A stretch of DNA of 64,000 nt from Nitrospirota bacterium (GTDB taxonomy: Bacteria; Nitrospirota; Thermodesulfovibrionia; Thermodesulfovibrionales; Dissulfurispiraceae). Both the position numbers and the translations under genes were made by a program. The stretch's first letter is position 1; each line of letters opens with the position of its first letter. The notes under the pieces are model-generated. The model worked only from the letters and a program-made list of their open reading frames with translations, was not told the origin of the DNA and did no database searches. The stretch lies in contig CAVPZX010000003.1 in the NCBI GenBank assembly GCA_963710375.1, positions 64,001 through 128,000 of the forward strand, read 5' to 3'. Below, piece by piece: positions 1-10,112 of the stretch.

Positions 1-1352
1 GCTATCTCGGTATCCAGACACCCCTTAAAAGTCTCGGGACCGACGTGCCGACACTTATAGCACTTCTGGTCTGCCTCATTCCTACGACCATTGGAGCTTT
101 GCTGGCTGCAATCGGAATCGCCGGAATGGACCGCGCCCTGCAGGCCAACATAATAGCAAAAAGCGGCAAGGCGGTGGAGCTGGCAGGTGACATCGACGTC
201 GTAATGCTGGATAAGACAGGCACAATCACCATCGGGAACAGGAACGCCACTAAGTTCCTTCCAGTGGGTAAGTATTCGGAGGCCGAGGTTGGGCAACTTG
301 CTGCCATGGCGTCTGAAGCGGACCAGACACCGGAAGGGAAGAGCATAGTGAAGTTATTCGAAAAGCAAAGCGGAAAAACAGTAAGCGTGCCGTCTGATAC
401 CAAGTTCGTGCCTTTTACGGCCCAGACCCGAATGAGCGGGGTAGATCTTCCCGACGGGCAAGTCATCCGAAAAGGGGCGCCGGATGCAGTTATAAAATTC
501 ATTATGAGCGGCAATGGCAGCGTGCCTGATGAGAGCAAGAGCCAGATCAAAGGACTGGTGGACAGTGTGGCCTCAAAAGGCGCCACCCCGCTGCTGGTCA
601 CCGATGGCTCCACTATCGCGGGCGTGATCGTTCTTGAAGACATTTTGAAACCGAACATGGCTGAACGGTTCGAGCGGCTCAGGAAGATGGGGCTGAGGAC
701 CGTTATGATCACCGGGGACAATCCTCTCACAGCTGCGGCCATAGCCAAACAGGCAGGTGTCGATGGCTTTCTGGCAGAGGCCACACCCGAGACCAAACTT
801 GCTTACCTCAAAAAGGAGCAGACAGAGGGCAAACTGGTGGCCATGATGGGCGACGGCACTAATGATGCACCGGCCCTGGCCCAGGCAGACGTTGGCCTTG
901 CCATGAACGCGGGAACTCAGGCAGCTAAAGAGGCGGCCAATATGGTTGACCTTGACAGCGACCCAACAAAGTTGATCGAAGTTGTCGAAATAGGGAAACA
1001 ACTGCTGATGACGCGGGGCTCTCTGACGACCTTCTCTATCGCCAATGACGTGGCCAAATTCTTTGCAATAATTCCGGCGCTTTTTGCAGGCACTCTGCCG
1101 TGGTTAAGGGTTATGGACATCATGCACTTGCACTCGCCGGAGTCGGCCATACTGTCAGCGGTCATCTTTAATGCGATCATAATTCCGCTTCTCATCCCCA
1201 TCGCACTCAAGGGTGTCGAATACAGGGCGCTCGGCGCCGAGGCCCTGCTGCGCAGGAACCTTCTTATCTGGGGACTTGGCGGCGTGATCGTGCCGTTTAT
1301 CGGCATCAAGTTGATCGATATGTCAATGGTAGCTCTTCATCTGGTGAGCTGA
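1..1352 (+). CDS. kdpB: K+-transporting ATPase subunit B (5' truncated by window edge)
   Basis: P-type ATPase motifs [21 protein letters not shown]; KdpB-type LIPTTIG and [22 protein letters not shown]. Confidence 0.97.
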   Translation, partial: YLGIQTPLKSLGTDVPTLIALLVCLIPTTIGALLAAIGIAGMDRALQANIIAKSGKAVELAGDIDVVMLDKTGTITIGNRNATKFLPVGKYSEAEVGQLAAMASEADQTPEGKSIVKLFEKQSGKTVSVPSDTKFVPFTAQTRMSGVDLPDGQVIRKGAPDAVIKFIMSGNGSVPDESKSQIKGLVDSVASKGATPLLVTDGSTIAGVIVLEDILKPNMAERFERLRKMGLRTVMITGDNPLTAAAIAKQAGVDGFLAEATPETKLAYLKKEQTEGKLVAMMGDGTNDAPALAQADVGLAMNAGTQAAKEAANMVDLDSDPTKLIEVVEIGKQLLMTRGSLTTFSIANDVAKFFAIIPALFAGTLPWLRVMDIMHLHSPESAILSAVIFNAIIIPLLIPIALKGVEYRALGAEALLRRNLLIWGLGGVIVPFIGIKLIDMSMVALHLVS

Positions 1353-1373
1353 CATTTTAAGGAGGAGATTAAA

Positions 1374-2390
1374 ATGATGAAATATATTTCAAAGAGTGTT
1401 TTATTGCTGGCCTTAGCAGTGGTTATCTGCTGCATAATTTATCCGCTGGCGTTATTGGCTGTCGGGCAGGCAGTATTCCCCTTTCAGGCCAACGGCAGCA
1501 TGCTGAAAGGTCCTGACGGCACAGTGGTGGGGTCAAAGCTCATAGCACAGCCCTTTACAAAGGACGAATACTTTCAGCCCCGGCCCTCTGCGGCATCTTA
1601 TGATGCGTCTGCCTCAGCCTCGTCGGCCCTGTCGTCATCAAACTATGGCCTGCGCGACCGGGTTGCCCGCAGCATCGGTCCGATTGTGAACTATAAAAGC
1701 GGTCCCAAGGCCGGAAAGCCTGTGGCGCCGGATGTTGAAAGCTGGTTTCAGAAAGATGTCTACGGTGGCAATCCTCATATAGTTGCCCAGTGGGCGGATG
1801 CACATAATTCGCTAGCCCAGGCCTGGGTCACCGGCGATCCTACGCATGGGCCATATGTAGACGCCTGGTCAAAGGCGCATCCTGCTATAGTTGCGCAGTT
1901 CATAAAGGACAATCCCGGCACCCCTGAGCCAAAGGCTGCGGATCTGGCGGTAGTGTTCTTTAAAGACTTCTCTGCGGCGCACCCAGGGCAATTCCCTTCT
2001 ACCGTGACCAAACCAGGAGCTGACGGCAAGCCTGTAACGACTATTGAGCCGGTCAAGGAAGGTTCTGACATCCAGTCGATCTTCTTCGCCATGTGGCGGG
2101 AAGACCATCCCGATGTTGAACTTCAGGATGTTCCCGGTGACATGGTCACTGCTTCGGGTTCAGGGCTTGACCCTCATATCACGCTTCAGAACGCCGAGTT
2201 TCAGCTTGACCGTGTAGCCTCCAAATGGGCAGCTGACACGAAGCGTGACCCGGCTGCAGTCAGGCAAGAGATACAGCAGATATTGATGAATAACGCATCG
2301 GCGCCGTTTGGCGGGCTTGCTGGTGAGAAGATGGTCAATGTGTTCGAAGTCAACCTTAAACTTCGGACAAAGTATGGGCCGCCATCATAG
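1374..2390 (+). CDS. kdpC: K+-transporting ATPase subunit C, extended form (338 aa)
   Basis: N-terminal TM; FPFQANGS...GSKLIAQPF..DEYFQPRPSA and VPGDMVTASGSGLDPHIT...VNVFEVNL motifs; follows kdpB with AAGGAGG RBS. Confidence 0.92.
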   Translation: MMKYISKSVLLLALAVVICCIIYPLALLAVGQAVFPFQANGSMLKGPDGTVVGSKLIAQPFTKDEYFQPRPSAASYDASASASSALSSSNYGLRDRVARSIGPIVNYKSGPKAGKPVAPDVESWFQKDVYGGNPHIVAQWADAHNSLAQAWVTGDPTHGPYVDAWSKAHPAIVAQFIKDNPGTPEPKAADLAVVFFKDFSAAHPGQFPSTVTKPGADGKPVTTIEPVKEGSDIQSIFFAMWREDHPDVELQDVPGDMVTASGSGLDPHITLQNAEFQLDRVASKWAADTKRDPAAVRQEIQQILMNNASAPFGGLAGEKMVNVFEVNLKLRTKYGPPS

Positions 2391-2413
2391 TTGCGCCGTG
2401 GAGGAAAACGGTA

Positions 2414-2635
2414 ATGACGTTGCTGAAAAACAGTGTAGAACAATTCGAGAGGGATGAGATAACTAATGCCCTTAAAGAGAGTAATTGGGTGATGGCGAGA
2501 GCTGCAAGAAAGCTCGGCATTACCTATAGGATGATCGGGTACAAGATAAAAAAATACGGAATAAAAAGAGGCGAGGACCGACGGGAAATAGGCATCAGCT
2601 CACATATGATGCGATCAACAGAAAAGCAGGCTTGA
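2414..2635 (+). CDS. Stand-alone Fis-type helix-turn-helix protein
   Basis: ERDEITNALKESNWVMARAARKLGITYRMIGYKIKKYGI matches the C-terminal HTH of NifA/NtrC-type activators; GGAGG RBS. Confidence 0.8.
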   Translation: MTLLKNSVEQFERDEITNALKESNWVMARAARKLGITYRMIGYKIKKYGIKRGEDRREIGISSHMMRSTEKQA

Positions 2636-2664
2636 GCAGTTGATATATTTATAAGGAGGATAGT

Positions 2665-3600
2665 GTGAAAAGAATAAGAAAGTTTGCCAAAATCATCTTT
2701 GCGTGCTTATTGGTTTATTCATTATTTATAGGTGTTGCATATGCTGAAGATCAACCGGCAGCAACTGCAGCCCCTGCAGCAGTTCCTACAGCCCCTGCTG
2801 CGCCGGCAGCTGAGGCAGCACCTGCGGCTCCTGAGGCGGCTCCTGCGGCTCCTGCAGTCACCGGCAGCGCAGCGCTGTCTGTTCTTAATCACTACATATT
2901 CAGAGGATACGAACTCAGCTCGCATAGCGCTGTCTTTCAACCTACACTTACGATTAACTACGCAGGCTTCTCAGCAAACTTATGGAGCAACATCGACACC
3001 AGCGAGCACGCAACTCAAAACTTCGCTCCTGTTACAACTTCCAGAGGGCACAATAACTACGACGAGACTGATTTGACGCTTAGCTATACTTACAACATCG
3101 ACAAGCTTGCCCTCACCGGCGGATTTATTTATTACGGTACACAATATGCGCCTGAAACAGAAGAGGTTTATGTAAGCGGCGCTTACGACATGATCGCACA
3201 CCCTACACTTGCGATCTACCGTGATGTCAATCACTACCCAGGCACATACTTCAATCTCTCTTTCTCCCAGTCCATACCGGTTTACAAAGAGACCACCGTC
3301 AACCTGGGCGCATCGTTTGGATATGAGGCGGGGAGTTCGAATTTCTGGAATACTTATGTTGCAAACAAAGGCTTTGTCGGCAGCCACTACAGTGCATTCC
3401 ATGACGGCATGGTGAAAGTCGGCTATACCATACCGGTGACAAAGCTGTTCTCAGTTCAGCCTGTTGCCCAATACTGGTTCCCGCTTTCGAGCGATGCAAG
3501 CAAAACTGTAACGGACAAGTCAGGAGTCCATGGATTTAACCCTAACGGCCAACTTAAAGATATCTTTGTATATGGCGTTAACCTGACGTTTAGTTTTTAG
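2665..3600 (+). CDS. Putative outer-membrane beta-barrel (TorF-like porin) with Ala/Pro-rich N-terminal linker
   Basis: Signal peptide ending AYA; YIFRG..LS, ETDLTLSY and alternating beta-strand pattern; C-terminal Phe (NLTFSF). Confidence 0.7.
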   Translation: MKRIRKFAKIIFACLLVYSLFIGVAYAEDQPAATAAPAAVPTAPAAPAAEAAPAAPEAAPAAPAVTGSAALSVLNHYIFRGYELSSHSAVFQPTLTINYAGFSANLWSNIDTSEHATQNFAPVTTSRGHNNYDETDLTLSYTYNIDKLALTGGFIYYGTQYAPETEEVYVSGAYDMIAHPTLAIYRDVNHYPGTYFNLSFSQSIPVYKETTVNLGASFGYEAGSSNFWNTYVANKGFVGSHYSAFHDGMVKVGYTIPVTKLFSVQPVAQYWFPLSSDASKTVTDKSGVHGFNPNGQLKDIFVYGVNLTFSF

Positions 3601-3635
3601 ATTATCGTAACTCATGCCGTTTCGAGGACTCCCGC

Positions 3636-5129
3636 TCAAGGGAAGAGGACTCCCTGGTCAATCTTCAACTGGGCAAGGCTTTTTTTAGACAGATGGAACC
3701 TGTTCGAAAAGACCCTGTTCATTACCGAGAGCAGCTGGCGGAACTTGTAGGCATCATGGTGGGAGTCTCCTTTTTGTTCGGAAGCGCGCCAGCTCTGCTC
3801 GTCCGATATGCGCAGCTCCACCCCCAACGTGTGCTGCTGGGTCTCCTTGCGGACCCGGTTCCGCATTGCGTAGGACGGCGTGCCCGGGATCATGATTTCG
3901 TTCGTATCCGCAGTGTAGTGGATAGGCAGGGTGAAGGCGATCTTGCACTGGAACTTCCGATGTCCAAGCGAAGAATGCAGGTTTCTGGCCGTGTTTACAC
4001 TGAGAGCATCGTAGAACGTCATGGCATTGGCGAGGATATCTTCTTCCCCCGGCGTTTCGTCGCTGCCTCCGCTCTGCGCAAGGCTGACCATCAGGCGCCT
4101 CACAGCTTCCCGCATGCTTTGGGGGCTATCGAAGAGGGTCTGGGTGATCGAATGGGAGGCAGTATATTCCTGAAGTATCACGCCCCTCTTCTGTAATGCA
4201 TGAAATAGCTTTAACGTGTCGTCCATGCTCTTTAGGATAAAGGTGATCGCCAGGATGTCCCGGATGTCATGAGCCTCCCCCTCCACGTCTTTACCGAGTT
4301 TGGTGAACATGCTCTCGGGGCTCTTGAGCCTGGCTTTGACCTCGACTATATCGACGGATACACCGTCTCCGCTGTTGAAGACAAGACACCCCTTGTTTTC
4401 ATCGAACATCAGTGATTCCTTTAACTTGTGGAAAAACGTCGAGACCTTGACAAAGGCCTTCTGAGCAGGCGCATTATCCGGGATATGTTTCGGATTGTCC
4501 CAGCTATAACGGTACAGGTCGTCAAGGCTCTGTCCCTGCGCTTCCAGAAAAAAACCGAGCTGGGCATAATCGTTGATATCCTGGCTGTCCTCTTCGACCG
4601 ACTTGACAAGGTGTCCCATCTTGAGTATGGAACATGCGATCTGCTGCCACCTGGCCGGGACATCAAGACCTCTGCCCTTATACCCCTGGAAAATGTGCGG
4701 ATATCTCTTCGACGAGGCGAGGAGGAAGAGATGCCGTGGGTCTTCGCTAACGATCCTCCGGAACTGCGTATTCATCAAAACCGATTCAATCTTCCCAATG
4801 GCATAAAGACAGTGCCGGTAGAGGTCGGCGTTAGGGGACTGCAGGGCGGATAGGCCTTCCAGTTGCTTTTTCACAAAGGGAAAGAGCCAGTCGAGGCAGT
4901 ACCTGTATACACGCTCGACATACCTGTTTGCCCGTTCCTTCTCACTCTCCTGGAGTTCAGCGTTGCCGAGGATATCGAACCCGCGGTTGCCCAGCATCTT
5001 AGAGGCCCTGGAAAGGGCTGTTCCGTAATCTCTCGCCTGCAGTAGCAGAAAGGGCGTCATCTCGGTCCTGTCTATGATTGAACCGAAAATCTCGTGGTGC
5101 AGTTCCTGGCTCGATTGGGTATGGTCCAT
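3636..5129 (-). CDS. Divergent RelA/SpoT-like nucleotidyltransferase-fold protein (497 aa)
   Basis: Ordered synthetase-like motifs ARLKSPESMFTK, DIRDILAITFI, VELRI, SEQKGDSHHDAYK; no HD, TGS or ACT domain recognised. Confidence 0.6.
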   Translation of the reverse strand: MDHTQSSQELHHEIFGSIIDRTEMTPFLLLQARDYGTALSRASKMLGNRGFDILGNAELQESEKERANRYVERVYRYCLDWLFPFVKKQLEGLSALQSPNADLYRHCLYAIGKIESVLMNTQFRRIVSEDPRHLFLLASSKRYPHIFQGYKGRGLDVPARWQQIACSILKMGHLVKSVEEDSQDINDYAQLGFFLEAQGQSLDDLYRYSWDNPKHIPDNAPAQKAFVKVSTFFHKLKESLMFDENKGCLVFNSGDGVSVDIVEVKARLKSPESMFTKLGKDVEGEAHDIRDILAITFILKSMDDTLKLFHALQKRGVILQEYTASHSITQTLFDSPQSMREAVRRLMVSLAQSGGSDETPGEEDILANAMTFYDALSVNTARNLHSSLGHRKFQCKIAFTLPIHYTADTNEIMIPGTPSYAMRNRVRKETQQHTLGVELRISDEQSWRASEQKGDSHHDAYKFRQLLSVMNRVFSNRFHLSKKSLAQLKIDQGVLFP

Positions 5130-5212
5130 ATAATATGCTCTGGCAAAGGCAGCTCACCGACGGGTACATTCAGTTGTCAGTCCGCAGAACCTTATACCTA
5201 TTATAGCTAATT

Positions 5213-6511
5213 TTAGATCTTCCAGTTTTCCCGGTTAGTGACCGCCTTTCTCATGTAATCACGGATCCATCCCCTTATTGCAGGTGACAGATAAAAAACC
5301 GGATGTAGCAGATCCTCGCCGTTTTCAATTATACCTTCTTCCCTGGCAATAGCTTCCAATTGAGTTCCCGGATATATGCGTATCCCTGCCTTGAGCGTAA
5401 CGATATCAGGAGAAAGTTTATCCACGAATTCTATGCTCTGCATAACGGTCTCCTGTGTCTCCCCTGGTCCTCCAAAAAGAAGAAAGCATCCGTATTTGAT
5501 GCCGTTTGCTCTTGCAAGTCTTGCAGCTTTTCTTACATTTGCCAGCGTAAAACCTTTCCGGAGATTCCTGAGAATCAATTCGTGGCCTGAATCATTGCCT
5601 AAGCTGATGAACCTGCATCCGGACTTCCCCATGAGTTCAAAAAGTTCTTCATCACCAAATGCAGGGTTAAGTATCGCCTGCCAGTTTACTTTAATGCCTT
5701 GTGCAATAATCTCCCTGCAGAAGTTCTTTGCACCGGATATTGGAAAATTAAAGACATTGTCCACTACATAAAAGCGCCGTATATTCTTTTCCCTGTTTAG
5801 CGATGCCATTTCACTTACACAGCTGAGCATGTCCCGTGAGCGGCAGTGTTTCCCTTCGAGTAGCGGGGTCGAGCAGTAAATGCACTCCATGTGGCAGCCC
5901 CGTTTGGTTTGCACGGTGACAGAACCCGGCAACTCCCCCAAAAATTCGTGATAGGCCGTCACATCGAAGTCGCTGTAAGCCGGAGATGCCCATTGGACCG
6001 GGTCGGAAAGATACCGGAGGCCGTTAATTATGATTTGATCACCTTTCTTCCATACCGCACCAGGGACCTTCTCAAACTTACCATCCTGCATAGCAAGAGC
6101 ATCAAGAAGCAGGGGGAATGCATCTTCTCCCTCCCCGTAGATGCCGAGGTCCGCATCCAGAAAACGAAGACATCCCTCCGGATGAATGTTAAACCCGGAG
6201 CCTCCCAAAATGAGAGGGGCGTTTGTGTGGCTGCGAATTTCTGAAACAACGCCCAGAAGACTGGGGAGAAAAAAGACCGGGCTGCCCATGTCCTGGTTGT
6301 CAATATTCCGGATGGACAGCCCGACGGCATCCGGATGAAAGTCCCTGAACGTAGCTCTCAGCCTTTCTTTCCAGTCTTCAAGAAACATAAAGTCGAGCAC
6401 TACTACCTCATGGCCGCAGCGCCTCAGAGATCCCGCAACAAAGGCTGGTCCGAGCGGAAACGGCGCAACGAGGTTCATATTTCTATTTTCGGATATAAGA
6501 AGGACTCTCAT
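5213..6511 (-). CDS. Cobalamin-binding radical SAM protein
   Basis: N-terminal B12-binding-type domain (PLGPAFVAGSL, GLSIRNIDN, GGSGF); CHMECIYC CxxxCxxC motif; GPGET. Confidence 0.9.
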   Translation of the reverse strand: MRVLLISENRNMNLVAPFPLGPAFVAGSLRRCGHEVVVLDFMFLEDWKERLRATFRDFHPDAVGLSIRNIDNQDMGSPVFFLPSLLGVVSEIRSHTNAPLILGGSGFNIHPEGCLRFLDADLGIYGEGEDAFPLLLDALAMQDGKFEKVPGAVWKKGDQIIINGLRYLSDPVQWASPAYSDFDVTAYHEFLGELPGSVTVQTKRGCHMECIYCSTPLLEGKHCRSRDMLSCVSEMASLNREKNIRRFYVVDNVFNFPISGAKNFCREIIAQGIKVNWQAILNPAFGDEELFELMGKSGCRFISLGNDSGHELILRNLRKGFTLANVRKAARLARANGIKYGCFLLFGGPGETQETVMQSIEFVDKLSPDIVTLKAGIRIYPGTQLEAIAREEGIIENGEDLLHPVFYLSPAIRGWIRDYMRKAVTNRENWKI

Positions 6512-6534
6512 CTCTTATATCTTATAACAAATTT

Positions 6535-6657
6535 TTAATTCTGCGTCGCTATATGTTCGTGCAGGCTTTCAACGATGTTTGCTAGGTCTAACTCGTCCAT
6601 CCAGCAATATAGTGGACTCTCACGCAGGATTTCGAGCAGTTCTGTTTTTGTAATCAT
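6535..6657 (-). CDS. Small 40-aa protein not in the ORF track: MITKTELLEILRESPLYCWMDELDLANIVESLHEHIATQN
   Basis: ATG at 6657 with AGGATGGTGA upstream, TAA at 6537-6535; shares ILRESPLY with the ORF at 30960-31154. Confidence 0.6.
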   Translation of the reverse strand: MITKTELLEILRESPLYCWMDELDLANIVESLHEHIATQN

Positions 6658-6803
6658 AATTCACCATCCTTGGTAATATCTTTATCGGGGAACTTTGTAA
6701 AAGGTTTAGGGCCGGCGAATAAATAACTCTTGCATTGAGGCGCTCAGATTTGGTTGATACGAAGGCGGGATACCTGAAAAATTTGGATTCTCTATGATAG
6801 ACT

Positions 6804-9590
6804 GTGATAATGTTGGCGCAAATTCTTAATCCGGCGAATTATTCCTTCAAGGGAATCACTCTGATCTTTCCTATGATATCGGTCGCGCTAGTGCTGCATA
6901 ACGCATGGTTATTGTATAGGGAAAGACTGAAAGCGGTGTACGTGACCTGGGCAGTGATGGTATTCACGGTTGTAGTTTGGGTGACGCCCGACTTTTTCTT
7001 CTTCAATGCTGTGCCTGAGGATCTGGCCCTGTGGTGGACTAAGGCCTCCTTTCTTGGCATTCCCTTTCTATCGTCTGCCCTGTACCATTTCGCCGTGACG
7101 CTCTGCAAGAGGTATAGCGAGAACAAAACGCGTGTATGGATCGGGTGGGCCGGTTCGGCCTTCTTTTCGGTGCTGTTCACCCAAACCAATCTTTTGATCA
7201 GTGGTTTGCATCATTATTCGTGGGGGTTTTTTACCGCATTTTCCCGACTGGCCATCCCCTTTATCCTGTTTTCCTGGCTTTATATGGGTCTCAGTCTGTT
7301 CGAGTTCGTGCAAGAGTTGAAGAGGACCGACCCCACCACTACGCAGCATCGGCGTATCAGGGCTATTGTATTCGCGCTTGGGTTAGCCTCTTTGGGAAAT
7401 ATGGATTACCTCACGACGTTTGGCGTCCCTGTCTATCCCTGCGGCGCCCTTTTGGTCTACATGGCATTACTGATCACCACATGGACTATCACGAAATACC
7501 AGCTTATAGATATCACTCCCGGGTTTGCGGCCAAGAGCATTATAGATACGATGAACGACTCGCTGATCGTCTTCGAAGAAGACGGCGTTATCCGTTTGGT
7601 GAATAACGCTGCCATTGACCTTCTTGGTCATGAGGCCAAGGAACTCCTGGGTCATAACGTTTTCGAGTTTTTTCCGGGGGAGAGGTCCCGGGAGGTATTC
7701 GATCCCAAAAGCGCGTCTGGTACGGTGCGGCATGTCGAGCTTCCGTACCGCAGGGACGACGGTCAGGAGTTGACGCTCGACATTTCGGTATCATTCATGT
7801 GGGAACGGGACCGTTTGATAGCCTGTATCTGCATACTCCGGGACGTCACACAGGAGAGGCTGGCGGCGAGGGCATTACAGCGCGCATACGAAGAGACGGA
7901 ACTCCGGGTTGTGCAGCGGACGACCGAACTGCGTCAGAGCAATGAGCAGTTAAAGGAAGAGATAGCGGAGCGCAAGCTTGTGGAAGAGGCGCTCAAGAAG
8001 GCGAAGACTGCAGCAGAAGCGGCAAATGTGGCAAAGGGAGAGTTTCTGGCTAACATGAGTCATGAAATCCGCACCCCGATGAACGGCATAATGGGGATGA
8101 CCGGCTTGCTTCTAGACACAGGGCTTTCTGAGGAGCAGAGGAACTATGCCGAGATGCTGCGCTCAAGCGGCGAGTTGTTGCTGGGCCTGATCAACGACAT
8201 CCTTGACTTCTCCAAGATAGAGGCAGGCAAACTGGAGATAGAGACAATAGAGTTTGATCTGAGAAACACGCTTGAAGAGACTGCTGAGTTTATGGCCTTG
8301 AGGGCCTATGAAAAGGGTCTTGAGTTAGTATGCCGGATAGACCCTGGTGTCCACACATTCCTTATAGGCGACCCTGGCCGGCTTCGCCAGATATTAGTGA
8401 ACCTGATAGGGAATGCCATCAAGTTCACCTCAGTGGGCGAGGTGGTTATCGAAGCAGTGACGGAATATGAGAGAGACGGTCAGGTAGCGGTGCGCTTCAA
8501 TATAAGGGATACCGGCATTGGGATACCACAGGACAAAGTACCTTTATTGTTTGACAGTTTTCAGCAGGTTGATGCCTCGACATCGAGGAAGTTTGGAGGC
8601 AGCGGCCTAGGGTTGGCAATATCGAAACGTCTGGTTGAGCTAATGAACGGCGGGATAGGAGTTGAAAGCATAGAAGGGAAGGGTTCCAACTTCTGGTTTA
8701 CAGCAGTGTTCGATAAGGGGAGTCAGCCGGACAGTAGTAAAGTGCCTCCATTGGCCGATATCAGCGGGGTGAGGATACTGTCAGTAGACGACAATGCGGT
8801 GAACCGCATTGTAATTGCAGAGCAGATGAAGTCGTGGGGAGTGCGCAATGCCGAGGCCGGGGGAGCTTTAAAGGCGATGGAGATGCTCCATGCTGCTCAA
8901 GCTGAAGGGGACCCTTTTCGGGTTGTAGTTACTGATATGCAAATGCCTGGGATGGATGGCGAAGCCCTTGCCAGGGCCATCAAGGCAGACCCAGTTTTGA
9001 GGGATACTTTGCTGATTATGCTGACATCCAGTGGAGTGAGGGGAGATTCAAAGAGGTTTGCGAGCCTTGGATTTTCTGGATATCTAACCAAACCTGTAAG
9101 GATGTTCCAGCTGCACGACTGCATAGCCGCAGTCCTTGGTGGGAGCAGTCTGCATGAAAAGGAGGAAGCCGCTATTATTACCGGACACCGTCTTCGCGAG
9201 GCATCCAGGCAGAATGCGCGCATTCTACTGGTGGAGGATAACAGAGTGAATAGACTGGTGGCAGAGGGCATTCTGGGCAAATTGGGGTTTATTGCTGACA
9301 CCGCTGACAATGGCCAGCAGGCGATCAATATGCTGGAAGCCGCTTCTTACGACATAGTCTTTATGGATGTGCAGATGCCTGTTATGGATGGGTATCAGGC
9401 TACCATGGCTATCCGGGGCGGCAAGACAAAGGCAGCGAATCCTAATGTACCTATTATTGCAATGACAGCCCATGCCATGATGGGTGACAGGGAGAAATGC
9501 CTGCAAAGCGGGATGGACGATTATATCTCAAAGCCGATCTCGCCGAGGAAATTGTCCAAGGTGCTCGAAAAATGGCTGCCACAGGCGTAG
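6804..9590 (+). CDS. Hybrid sensor histidine kinase (7TM, PAS, HisKA, HATPase, two receiver domains)
   Basis: H-box [38 protein letters not shown]; two REC domains (DMQMP, DVQMP). Confidence 0.95.
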   Translation: MIMLAQILNPANYSFKGITLIFPMISVALVLHNAWLLYRERLKAVYVTWAVMVFTVVVWVTPDFFFFNAVPEDLALWWTKASFLGIPFLSSALYHFAVTLCKRYSENKTRVWIGWAGSAFFSVLFTQTNLLISGLHHYSWGFFTAFSRLAIPFILFSWLYMGLSLFEFVQELKRTDPTTTQHRRIRAIVFALGLASLGNMDYLTTFGVPVYPCGALLVYMALLITTWTITKYQLIDITPGFAAKSIIDTMNDSLIVFEEDGVIRLVNNAAIDLLGHEAKELLGHNVFEFFPGERSREVFDPKSASGTVRHVELPYRRDDGQELTLDISVSFMWERDRLIACICILRDVTQERLAARALQRAYEETELRVVQRTTELRQSNEQLKEEIAERKLVEEALKKAKTAAEAANVAKGEFLANMSHEIRTPMNGIMGMTGLLLDTGLSEEQRNYAEMLRSSGELLLGLINDILDFSKIEAGKLEIETIEFDLRNTLEETAEFMALRAYEKGLELVCRIDPGVHTFLIGDPGRLRQILVNLIGNAIKFTSVGEVVIEAVTEYERDGQVAVRFNIRDTGIGIPQDKVPLLFDSFQQVDASTSRKFGGSGLGLAISKRLVELMNGGIGVESIEGKGSNFWFTAVFDKGSQPDSSKVPPLADISGVRILSVDDNAVNRIVIAEQMKSWGVRNAEAGGALKAMEMLHAAQAEGDPFRVVVTDMQMPGMDGEALARAIKADPVLRDTLLIMLTSSGVRGDSKRFASLGFSGYLTKPVRMFQLHDCIAAVLGGSSLHEKEEAAIITGHRLREASRQNARILLVEDNRVNRLVAEGILGKLGFIADTADNGQQAINMLEAASYDIVFMDVQMPVMDGYQATMAIRGGKTKAANPNVPIIAMTAHAMMGDREKCLQSGMDDYISKPISPRKLSKVLEKWLPQA

Positions 9591-9687
9591 ACCCTTGAGG
9601 CCTGATAAACGCAGTTGAGAGCGTCCCAATACGGTATTATTAATAATCCTTTTCATGATATAATTTTCTTATCAAAGGAGGACATTC

Positions 9688-10068
9688 TTGGAAGAACTAA
9701 GAATATTGGTAGTAGACGATGAATATATAACGCGCATTTTTATTAAGAGTTGCCTGCAAATGTCTTTCCCGGGCTGCATAATTATTGAGGCGGCTTCCGG
9801 ACAAGCTGCATTAGAAAAGATTAAGAGCGAGCCATTCCATATTGTGCTGTGCGACTGGCAATTGCCGGATATAAGTGGGGTCGAAATACTCGAATGGGTC
9901 AGGGTCGCATCGGATACAAAAAATATGCCCTTCATGATGATAACTGGCGATAGCAACAGGGAACACATTACCCAAGCGATATCGCTTGGGGTCTCGGGTT
10001 ATGTCATCAAGCCATTGGACTGCGTCAGCCTGTCACAGCGTGTCATAGCAGCATTGAGCCCAAAGTAG
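9688..10068 (+). CDS. Single-domain CheY-like response regulator
   Basis: ILVVDD, CDWQLP, YVIKP; TTG start with GGAGG RBS. Confidence 0.9.
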   Translation: MEELRILVVDDEYITRIFIKSCLQMSFPGCIIIEAASGQAALEKIKSEPFHIVLCDWQLPDISGVEILEWVRVASDTKNMPFMMITGDSNREHITQAISLGVSGYVIKPLDCVSLSQRVIAALSPK

Positions 10069-10112
10069 CTCTGCTATTCCAAGAGAAGCGCATCAACTCT
10101 TACCCTTAGGCA

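Noticed and set aside
2..796. Long antisense ORFs in the track (2-796, 18873-19658, 60850-61695, 61720-62343 and similar)
   Set aside because: They are shadows of well-supported genes on the opposite strand and have no motifs of their own.
2414..2635. Lone HTH as the split partner of the HTH-less AAA+ fusion at 43088
   Set aside because: The two genes are 40 kb apart, and the AAA+ domain lacks GAFTGA and the Walker A lysine, so there is no supporting evidence.
2755..2860. GC-rich CCTGCGGCT-type repeats
   Set aside because: They simply encode the Ala/Pro-rich linker of the outer-membrane protein.
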